A stretch of 24,678 nucleotides of DNA from a virus, in IMG/VR virus record IMGVR_UViG_3300010277_000001, one strand, 5' to 3'. This document shows, one piece after another, positions 8,217 through 15,558 of this stretch. The notes under the pieces were generated by a model. That model was not told the origin of the DNA and did no database searches. It worked only from the letters and a program-made list of their open reading frames with translations. The stretch's first letter is position 1, and each line of letters starts with the position of its first letter. The translations under genes were made by a program, and so were the position numbers.

Positions 8217-8918
8217 TTAATTAAATGCCTCTGCAAAAGACATTCCATCTCTATAGCCGTCTACTTTTCTTCCTTTAGCCGGATTAAAACCAGCATTACC
8301 ATTACTAGAGTCAGTAGACTTAAATAAATGAGGTTTAGTTTCTCTTAATTTGTTAAATGCCTCTTTAACACCAACTACATTACCATCATCATCAATGCTT
8401 AAGTCAGAAGTACTTATAAACTTGTCTGCATCAGCTGGGTCATACATATTTGACTTTAACGCCTCAACAGCTATAGCCATCTTGTACTTGTAATCCCACT
8501 CGACCTGTTTAAGCCTTTCATGTAGATTCTTAATGTAACCTTTCAGTGTATCATCTAGTATCTTATCATAATCTACCTGTCCATCTTCTTTTAACCACCC
8601 GTCAAGTAACACAAGATTAGCATTATCAGTAGTTAAATCTGTGCTTGCATCTGTTTGTTGATTATCTTCAGTATTATTTACCTGATTATCAGCCTCAGTT
8701 TTATCGCCTTCACCATCTTCAGCCTCAGTTTTATCGCCTTCACCACCTTCAACATCAGTATCTTCAAGTAAACCTAACTCCTGCTGTTTTGCTTTTACAT
8801 CAGCATCAGTAAGTTTACCATCATTATACTGTGTCTCAAAGTCCTCGAACTGGTCGCCTAATGCTGCTTTTAGTTTATCATAGGCTTCCTGTCCAAGTAA
8901 CTCTAATAGCTTACTCAT
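8217..8918 (-). CDS. Scaffolding protein (233 aa, acidic).
   Basis: It lies between the portal and capsid genes and is highly acidic and helical. The C-terminal FNKLRETKPHLFK is typical of DUF4355-type scaffolds. It contains a 30-bp tandem duplication. Confidence 0.75.
   Translation of the reverse strand: MSKLLELLGQEAYDKLKAALGDQFEDFETQYNDGKLTDADVKAKQQELGLLEDTDVEGGEGDKTEAEDGEGDKTEADNQVNNTEDNQQTDASTDLTTDNANLVLLDGWLKEDGQVDYDKILDDTLKGYIKNLHERLKQVEWDYKYKMAIAVEALKSNMYDPADADKFISTSDLSIDDDGNVVGVKEAFNKLRETKPHLFKSTDSSNGNAGFNPAKGRKVDGYRDGMSFAEAFN
8691..8750. repeat. 2 x 30-bp tandem repeat inside the scaffold gene.
   Basis: 8691-8720 and 8721-8750 differ at one base. They encode the duplicated GEGDKTEAED/GEGDKTEADN peptide. 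Confidence 0.9.
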
Positions 8919-10305
8919 GCACTATACCTCCTTTACTATTTTCTTTATTCATAATATCAAGGTCTCTCTCTGCCTCCTCAGCAGTTAAACCTTCATATTT
9001 CATAATAGCACGCTTTCTAGAGATTATACCAGCCTCAATCATAGTTTTAGCTGTTTGAGCTATTGTTAAGTCTGTTTCTGTTATACCATCTTGCCATCCA
9101 ATAGTTATATCAGCAGGAGTAACACTAACACCTACTATATCTAACATTGCACACAATGCTTTTTTAATAGCTGGCTCTATTGTATCTATCTGTCTAGCTG
9201 CTTTATCTAATGCGCTCTTAATCATTGTCTTAAGAGCCTCACCAGATACATTAGCGTACTCACCAAAAAGGAAAGCCTTGCCCATCTCAGATAGTACTGC
9301 TATTTCATCGTCTAATTTATTGACTAAACCTAATACAGCCTCTGTTTTAGCATCCCACGATATATATTTTATTTCTTCTCCCTCTCGTACAGCTATCCAG
9401 TTACCAAGACCATTAAACTCTGCCTGACCTGTTTCCTCATTTTCTTCAATCGTAGAATAAGGTACTTGTACGATAGGGTCAATATGTTTATCAGTAACAC
9501 AATCAAGCTGACTAATTTTCTTTTCTTTTAACTCCAATGCATCATTAAATATTTCATAGTCAGAACTACCATAGACCTCATCTACAGCTTTACTGTTATT
9601 AAAATCTATAACTGCAAAACCCCTAATACCAGTATTGTATCTTTTACCTTCAACAGGTATTGTTTCACCAGTATCATTTACATACTCTATAGGTTGTCCA
9701 ATAGTAGTACCATTATAAGAATAATACCTCTCTATGTAGTATCCTCTATAATGTTCCATTACTCTCAATGCAATTATTTTATCTTCAGTAGCAATATTAT
9801 CAAAGTTTTCCTCATATATAGGTTGAACTAATACATGACATTTAGTATTATTGATGTTGTTACTATATACTACTTTATACCAAAACTCTGGATTTACTGC
9901 ATTAATACCAGGTAAACCATTGTCATTATAAACATACAGTACGCCATCCCCTAAACTACTAAATGTCCTAGCTGCCTCTTGGAAAGCTAACCAAAAAGAA
10001 CTATTAGTAACAATATCACTTAACTTGTCCTCTAAGTCTAGATTCTTTGTACCAATAATAGGCTTTTCATTTAATAATAAGCCTACAAATTTATCAGTAA
10101 CAAGTTTATAATAGTTTAACTTAGGTACTTTCCAATTTATTGTCTTAGTACCATTAACAGTTTTAATGACTAATTGCCTTTCTTTATTGTACTCACCTTT
10201 ATATCTAGCGTTATTAATTCTATATTTTTCTAACCTCTCCTTACTTTTAGTAGGAGGAAATACTTTATTTGCACCTATAAAGCCAGTAGAAGTAAATATT
10301 TCCAT
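8911..10305 (-). CDS. Portal protein (464 aa).
   Basis: It lies immediately downstream of terL, its size is typical, and it overlaps the scaffold start. Confidence 0.8.
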   Translation of the reverse strand: MEIFTSTGFIGANKVFPPTKSKERLEKYRINNARYKGEYNKERQLVIKTVNGTKTINWKVPKLNYYKLVTDKFVGLLLNEKPIIGTKNLDLEDKLSDIVTNSSFWLAFQEAARTFSSLGDGVLYVYNDNGLPGINAVNPEFWYKVVYSNNINNTKCHVLVQPIYEENFDNIATEDKIIALRVMEHYRGYYIERYYSYNGTTIGQPIEYVNDTGETIPVEGKRYNTGIRGFAVIDFNNSKAVDEVYGSSDYEIFNDALELKEKKISQLDCVTDKHIDPIVQVPYSTIEENEETGQAEFNGLGNWIAVREGEEIKYISWDAKTEAVLGLVNKLDDEIAVLSEMGKAFLFGEYANVSGEALKTMIKSALDKAARQIDTIEPAIKKALCAMLDIVGVSVTPADITIGWQDGITETDLTIAQTAKTMIEAGIISRKRAIMKYEGLTAEEAERDLDIMNKENSKGGIVHE

Positions 10306-10318
10306 TATAAATCACCCA

Positions 10319-11665
10319 CTATGCATCAATTCTTGTACATAATGCGTATCTAGTAGCATCTATACTATGGTTGTTTTTATCAGGTAATTCTCCAGTGTAC
10401 TCACCTAGTTTATTCATAGCATATTCGTATCTAGTAAACTCCTTATATGTGAAAGGACACTTAATAGGATTTATATAAATAGAGTTTAAATCTTGTAGCC
10501 ACTTGATACCATGTCGTACACTATCTGGTCCTTTTTTCACACCTTGTATTTTTCTAAGTCCTAATTTTCTTAATTCATTGATAGTTCTTGGTTCGCTACT
10601 GTCTGCCCAAACAGTAAAGTCGTGTTTATTAAATCGCTTAATATTATACACTAAAGTTTCATTGTCAACACCAATAGCTACGTACTCATTGTGTAAATAA
10701 ATTGCTTTTTCTGATGCGTTGTAGCACCACTCCACATAAACTGATGGGTCAACTGAAAAACCAAAGTCAAGACCTCTATAAATATATTTAGTACTATAAT
10801 CATTATGATGCAACTCTCGTATATTTCTAAAGACGTTACCCTCAGTACCTATAGCCTCACCTAAGTATTCCCAGCGATAATTGTCATAATTAGCTTTTTT
10901 AGCGACCTCTGCATTAATAATAGTTGTTTTAACCCAATCTGCATGTCCGTCAGCGATTACATCCAAGTATGTACTATGGTGTACTAACTGTCTAACAGTT
11001 TCTTTAGTAATGTCACCTTTTTCATTAGTATACTCAATATCGAATTGAGTGACATAACTATTCTTTTCATAACCTAATACAATACCACAAGGTGCATTAT
11101 ATTCAATATTTACCCAGTTAGAGGTACTTTTAGGGGGATTATAACTTAATATAACAATATGTTCTCCCTCACCACGACCCATTGTATTAACTACGTTGTT
11201 TATCTCTGCTACACCAGTAAAGTCAGTTGCCTCCTCGAACCAAATATATCTGAAACCGCCTGCACCAGAACGAGGTTTAAATGACTTTAACTTATTAGGG
11301 TCGTCTACACCAGTAAACTTAATTGAGTACTTTGTTTCATTACCTTGCCATCCATCTAATAGTACTAATTCTTGACGCTGTGCTTTATATTTAAAAAACC
11401 CATATAAACCAGATCTATAAAGCATTTCCATAAATGTGCTGACTAATCTTTCAAATACTCTGTTATTATACTTTACCATACATACAGCGTCGCATCTATA
11501 AATAAATACACCAAGTATAATAGCTAAAGCTATCATAGATGACTTTGTACTGTTACGTCCACCTTTACATATAACCCTGTTGTACTTACATTGTATAATA
11601 GATTCAAAAACATTATCAAATGTAGATATAATTAACTTACCTATATCTATATTTAATCTACTCAT
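10319..11665 (-). CDS. terL: Terminase large subunit (PBSX/Terminase_3-like, 448 aa).
   Basis: A Walker A-like CKGGRNSTKS lies near the N-terminus (family pattern GGRGSGKS). An acidic nuclease half sits C-terminal. The start overlaps the terS stop. Confidence 0.9.
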   Translation of the reverse strand: MSRLNIDIGKLIISTFDNVFESIIQCKYNRVICKGGRNSTKSSMIALAIILGVFIYRCDAVCMVKYNNRVFERLVSTFMEMLYRSGLYGFFKYKAQRQELVLLDGWQGNETKYSIKFTGVDDPNKLKSFKPRSGAGGFRYIWFEEATDFTGVAEINNVVNTMGRGEGEHIVILSYNPPKSTSNWVNIEYNAPCGIVLGYEKNSYVTQFDIEYTNEKGDITKETVRQLVHHSTYLDVIADGHADWVKTTIINAEVAKKANYDNYRWEYLGEAIGTEGNVFRNIRELHHNDYSTKYIYRGLDFGFSVDPSVYVEWCYNASEKAIYLHNEYVAIGVDNETLVYNIKRFNKHDFTVWADSSEPRTINELRKLGLRKIQGVKKGPDSVRHGIKWLQDLNSIYINPIKCPFTYKEFTRYEYAMNKLGEYTGELPDKNNHSIDATRYALCTRIDA

Positions 11666-12167
11666 TATCTTTTTCCTCTGACCTGCTGTTAAATATGTTT
11701 ACTTCAGTGACAACACCGCCACAATCTTCACTACTTGCATCTCTAGTATCAGGTCTTATATATAAGAATGAGCCATCATCATACATCTCATTAAACAATT
11801 TAATATCATTAATGTCATCAGTAGTTTCTGCAATTGCTTTAGCTCTGTTATAAGCCGCCATTGCACCAATATCTTTAGAGAAACCATAAGCCTCCTCTAG
11901 TTCCGGATAGAATGATATCATATCGGCAAGTGTTCGAGGATGTAAACCTTTACCTCTACAGTAACTAGGAAAAAGCTTAGTTATATATTCACAAGTTTTC
12001 CTAAGACTATAATTTCTAGAACCACATACTTGTAATGCACATATAAACCTCTCAAGTTTTTTATCACGCTTAAGTTGTTCATATAAAGTGGAACTATATT
12101 GACTTTTAGTAGCTTTCTTAAATATAGCTACGTCATCATCATCAATTTTAGGCCCATATCTAGGCAC
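11658..12167 (-). CDS. terS: Terminase small subunit candidate. The start is uncertain: GTG 12167 has an AGAGGG RBS, while the track TTG at 12197 sits inside a terminator U-run.
   Basis: It lies directly upstream of terL and overlaps it. It is about 170 aa. The frame has no ATG until late, so a GTG or TTG start is required. Confidence 0.6.
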   Translation of the reverse strand: MPRYGPKIDDDDVAIFKKATKSQYSSTLYEQLKRDKKLERFICALQVCGSRNYSLRKTCEYITKLFPSYCRGKGLHPRTLADMISFYPELEEAYGFSKDIGAMAAYNRAKAIAETTDDINDIKLFNEMYDDGSFLYIRPDTRDASSEDCGGVVTEVNIFNSRSEEKDNE

Positions 12168-12198
12168 ATCCTTCACCCTCTTACGTATTTTACACAAT

Positions 12199-12238
12199 AA
12201 AAAAATGTGTTATATTACACATATAATATAACACATTT
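12199..12238 (-). terminator. Perfect 15-bp inverted repeat plus U-run at the early/late boundary (intrinsic terminator and/or operator).
   Basis: AAATGTGTTATATTA (12203-12217), a 6-nt loop, then TAATATAACACATTT (12224-12238). On the sense strand this is followed by TTTTATTG. Confidence 0.55.
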
Positions 12239-12253
12239 ATTTACCAATATCAA
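12225..12253 (-). promoter_or_regulatory. Candidate late promoter overlapping the palindrome.
   Basis: The sense strand reads TTGATA (12248-12253)-17 nt-TATATT (12225-12230), with TGt immediately upstream of the -10 (extended -10). Confidence 0.45.
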
Positions 12254-12312
12254 CCTTTTATATTGTTACACTTAGTGACTGTGTCGCTACAAGTGTCAAT
12301 AAGTAAATACTT

Positions 12313-12558
12313 TTAATCACTTAGAGCACTTTCATAATACACCTTTTGTATGTTTAGTTTTTTATCAACTGTCATAACATTAATTTCTATATCGTCCTTT
12401 AGACAATCTAATGTAATTAGATTTACAACAGGTTTGTTATCTTCAACTACTAATTTGCTATCCTCGATACACAACTGTGCTATTTTAGTATTATTAGGTG
12501 ATATAGTTACACCTAATACGTATAATAATTCTATTCCATTAACAATTACTCTAGTCAA
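12313..12558 (-). CDS. Hypothetical protein (81 aa, TTG start).
   Basis: GGAGG lies 8 nt upstream of the TTG at 12558. It is the last ORF of the second early unit. Confidence 0.6.
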   Translation of the reverse strand: MTRVIVNGIELLYVLGVTISPNNTKIAQLCIEDSKLVVEDNKPVVNLITLDCLKDDIEINVMTVDKKLNIQKVYYESALSD

Positions 12559-12588
12559 TATAATTACCTCCTGTTTTTAATTTTATAT

Positions 12589-12756
12589 TTAAAGGTCATT
12601 ATCTTTATTCTTATAGTTATTTTTTATAGAAATAGTAATCTTTATAATAAAAGTTGCTAATATAGCAATCGACAATGTTAAAGCTACAATAAACAGTATT
12701 AAACCACCAAGTGCCCTCATGTAAGCATCTATATTAGTAATCATATTCATCGTCAT
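12589..12756 (-). CDS. Small single-pass membrane protein (55 aa, below the track cut-off).
   Basis: My translation is MTMNMITNIDAYMRALGGLILFIVALTLSIAILATFIIKITISIKNNYKNKDNDL*. GGAGGTAG lies upstream. Confidence 0.55.
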   Translation of the reverse strand: MTMNMITNIDAYMRALGGLILFIVALTLSIAILATFIIKITISIKNNYKNKDNDL

Positions 12757-12763
12757 CTACCTC

Positions 12764-13027
12764 CTAATCAGCTCTACCAAAGCGGTCTAACACTTGGTTT
12801 GCACTTAGTTTTAATACTGGGTCATAATCCCAGTATTTCTCTTCTTTATTAAGAATCTCTACACAACTTTTTAATTCATCCATGCTATTAAACTCTATAA
12901 AACAAGTTGTATAGAGTTGATACAAGTAGAACTTACCGCTATCTCTTGTTATATCATTAAGTCCTACTATTTTTCCTCCATGTTTTACTGCTTTATCCAT
13001 CCAGCTTCTACCCTCTAACATCGTCAT
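12764..13027 (-). CDS. Hypothetical protein (87 aa).
   Basis: ORF in the track. The same GGAGGTAGATGACGATG initiation cassette precedes the next small gene. Its start overlaps the XRE gene end. Confidence 0.6.
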   Translation of the reverse strand: MTMLEGRSWMDKAVKHGGKIVGLNDITRDSGKFYLYQLYTTCFIEFNSMDELKSCVEILNKEEKYWDYDPVLKLSANQVLDRFGRAD

Positions 13028-13340
13028 CTACCTCCTCATTATCAGTATATTTAAAATATTTAGGGTCTTTTATTTTATTTCCATCATCACCATGGAAATA
13101 GCCTTCTTTATATGTAAACCTTTCCCAAAGTTCCTCAACGCTTTTGACTCTCAATTCTTTTTTAAGTCTTTTCCACACGTCATCACTAGCATTACGAGTA
13201 CCTAACTCTAAAGAAGCAAGATGACTTCTACTTATATAGACTCTTTTAGCTAGTTCAGATTGTGTTAATCTAGCATTTTTACGAGCACCTATTAAACCTA
13301 GCCTTATACCTTCTTTGTCTCTAATATCTAATTCAGCCAT
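13008..13340 (-). CDS. XRE-family helix-turn-helix transcriptional regulator (110 aa from ATG 13340).
   Basis: LTQSELAKRVYISRSHLASLELGTRN is a classic HTH_3 motif. GGAGGTG lies upstream of the ATG. Confidence 0.85.
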   Translation of the reverse strand: MAELDIRDKEGIRLGLIGARKNARLTQSELAKRVYISRSHLASLELGTRNASDDVWKRLKKELRVKSVEELWERFTYKEGYFHGDDGNKIKDPKYFKYTDNEEVDDDVRG

Positions 13341-13448
13341 TATTATCACCTCCACAAGTTTTTCTATTTTTTTTTTAATTGCTCCACTACAATCATAACG
13401 ATATGTAGTGGAGCTATATAGAATAGGAGGGGATGGATATAAACTATG

Positions 13449-13838
13449 TCAAAAGTCAATTTTATAATCCCCAGATGACTCATACCGCTTAAGTCTGTTT
13501 ATAACAGTTTGTCTAGTAGCTTTATGTTCAGGTCCTAAAGAAGTTAAGTATTGAGCTATCTTTTCCATACTCATGCCTTTAGACCTCATGTCAAGGATTA
13601 TATCAATGTCTTTTATTGGTTTTACATGACCTTTATTAAGTCCTTGTTTCATACGGTCATAGTGTTTAGCTATTTTATCAAAACGAGCAAGTTCAGACTC
13701 CAAGTCTTTTACTTTATCAGTTAATTCTTTAATTTGTTTATTTTTCATCTTAATGATTTCTAACAGGCAGGCACTAGAAAGCTGTTCAATCTTTAATCTG
13801 CCTGCCTTGTATTCATTATATTCAGTACGAATGTCCAT
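13449..13838 (-). CDS. Coiled-coil protein with a C-terminal resolvase/Hin-type HTH (129 aa from ATG 13838).
   Basis: MRSKGMSMEKIAQYLTSLGPEHKATRQTVINRLKRY resembles HTH_7-type DNA-binding helices. The N-terminal KQIKELTDKVKDLESELARF looks like coiled coil. Confidence 0.65.
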   Translation of the reverse strand: MDIRTEYNEYKAGRLKIEQLSSACLLEIIKMKNKQIKELTDKVKDLESELARFDKIAKHYDRMKQGLNKGHVKPIKDIDIILDMRSKGMSMEKIAQYLTSLGPEHKATRQTVINRLKRYESSGDYKIDF

Positions 13839-13891
13839 ATTCACCACCTCAATGTTTAAAAGACTCAAACTATTTCTCCTTTTCTACCTTT

Positions 13892-13920
13892 ATTATACCA
13901 CATATATAAAAATTATACAA
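13892..13920 (-). promoter_or_regulatory. Sigma-A type promoter for the second early unit.
   Basis: The sense strand reads TTGTAT (13915-13920)-17 nt-TATAAT (13892-13897), with a TGg extended -10. It lies about 50 nt upstream of ATG 13838. Confidence 0.65.
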
Positions 13921-14265
13921 TACTTTTTACATAAAAATTTTATAAAATTATATAAAACCTTTACATAACCATATATAATTTTTACATAACCTATAAACCT
14001 CACAAACCACACCCAACCCAACTACCAAAATATTACATATATTAACTCTAAAATCACTAATAAAATATTTACTAAAAAATACCCTGACTGCATACCTAGT
14101 TTTATCAAAATGTTTATATTTATAGTAACATAATGCAATTACTAATTTATCAAAAGAAAAGGAATATTCACATATAAGTAGTATATTTTATCACAAAATA
14201 ATATAATTTATCAATACTGCTGATTTATATGTTTTAAGATATAATCAATCACTATAAGCTATATA

Positions 14266-14308
14266 AACAAAAAATAAACCTAACCGAGATAATGTCGATT
14301 AGGTTTAT
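14266..14308 (-). terminator. Rho-independent terminator after the Dam-type methyltransferase gene.
   Basis: ATAAACCTAA (14274-14283) pairs with TTAGGTTTAT (14299-14308). On the sense strand TTTTTTG follows. Confidence 0.7.
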
Positions 14309-14316
14309 ACTAAATG

Positions 14317-15099
14317 CTATAATATATTTATAACACACTCACCAAACAGTTCATTAATAAGCCATCCATCCTTTACAACAAAGAGACAATCCGTACTTCC
14401 TGCATCGTCAGGGTCACAGTTTGTAGATAGACTTTTACTAAAGTGGAAATAATCAACCAGTTTAAACTCCTTAGGCATCCTATATTCTGATATAAATACC
14501 AAGTTGTCTTTAGCTGTTTCAATAGCCCAGTCATAGAATTCTTTATGATTAAAACCTTTGTCCTTATATTCACGTGTGCCTTTATATGGAGGGTCACAAT
14601 AAACTAAACTGCCTTTAGGTATTTCTAAATCTTTATAATCTCCACATTTTAATGTTATACCACTTAATAAGCTCTGCTCGTTATTAGCTTTTAATCTGTT
14701 TTTAAAGCTTATACATGAGTTAGTCTCTTTCCCATCTTTATTTTTATATGAGCCACCATATCCACCAAACCAAATACAATTGAAGCTCCCCACAATACCT
14801 ACATAAGCCACATACCAATCTGGATATTTGTCTTTATTATCCTTTACAGCATAGTAATCCTCACGAGTTATAACATCAGGTAAACTGTCAGGTCCCTCAT
14901 CACGTATCTTCTCTAATAGTGCTATCTGGTAATGATTTAAGTCATTACCTATTCTATTTCTGCAATTAACTAACTCTATAACTGATGCTCCACCCACAAA
15001 AGGTTCAATGTAAGTATCTATGTTGTATATCATAATAGCTTGATTAAACATGCTTGCTAGTTGTTTAGCAATCCTGCTTTTACCTCCCATGTATCTCAT
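14317..15099 (-). CDS. DNA N6-adenine methyltransferase, D12 class (Dam-like, 260 aa).
   Basis: The N-terminus is MRYMGGKSRIAKQL. Motif I is EPFVGGASV, and motif IV is CDPPY followed by KGT. This is the alpha-class order seen in Dam/T4 Dam/DpnIIA. Confidence 0.88.
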   Translation of the reverse strand: MRYMGGKSRIAKQLASMFNQAIMIYNIDTYIEPFVGGASVIELVNCRNRIGNDLNHYQIALLEKIRDEGPDSLPDVITREDYYAVKDNKDKYPDWYVAYVGIVGSFNCIWFGGYGGSYKNKDGKETNSCISFKNRLKANNEQSLLSGITLKCGDYKDLEIPKGSLVYCDPPYKGTREYKDKGFNHKEFYDWAIETAKDNLVFISEYRMPKEFKLVDYFHFSKSLSTNCDPDDAGSTDCLFVVKDGWLINELFGECVINIL

Positions 15100-15189
15100 A
15101 ATCTCACCTCATTATTATTACTAGTATTAGCAGCGTCTACAATACTCCAAGTGTCTTTTATATCCGTAATCTTCACAAAACCAATGAAG

Positions 15190-15510
15190 TCAGAACATAT
15201 AAACCACTATTTCTTCACCATCATCAATGTTAACAATCATATAACCATCTTGTATATGAAGGTCAATTGCTAGCTCTTTTATGCCTTCAATTACTTTATC
15301 ATATTCTTCAGCAGTAGTACATATAACTACTGCTGGGTATCCATAACCATCATCACCACAACCATCTACAACTACTACGTTATCCTCACTAACACAATGT
15401 ATTGAGTTGTTACGTAACCAGTTATTTATGTATTGCCTTAATTTATCTGTCATTGTATTATCCTCATATTCACTATGTAATACTGCTATGACATTTGCCA
15501 ATCTACCCAT
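15190..15510 (-). CDS. Hypothetical acidic protein (106 aa).
   Basis: ORF in the track. GGAG lies upstream of ATG 15510. It contains VVVVDGCGDDGYGY (a beta strand plus Gly-rich loop). Confidence 0.6.
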   Translation of the reverse strand: MGRLANVIAVLHSEYEDNTMTDKLRQYINNWLRNNSIHCVSEDNVVVVDGCGDDGYGYPAVVICTTAEEYDKVIEGIKELAIDLHIQDGYMIVNIDDGEEIVVYMF

Positions 15511-15558
15511 ATAAACAATCTCCTTTACTTAGTCCAATATATTTCTTTACTCTCTTTA

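Noticed and set aside
13381-13414. The GC-rich hairpin here, and the one at 19343-19380, read as intrinsic terminators.
   Set aside because: In the direction of transcription (minus strand) A-runs follow the stems, not U-runs. On the plus strand the T-run precedes the stem. Neither orientation gives a canonical terminator.
14373-14597. Nested minus-strand ORF of 74 aa inside the Dam-type gene, and similarly 18854-19048 inside the endolysin gene.
   Set aside because: Both are alternative frames wholly contained in genes with clear catalytic motifs. They have no RBS and a composition that does not look protein-like.
15100-15189. Possible 27-codon leader ORF (GTG AAG ATT ... TTA TGA) overlapping the Dam start in an ATGA arrangement.
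   Set aside because: There is no RBS upstream of the GTG, it is too short to evaluate, and I can assess no conservation. The gap is more simply a spacer.
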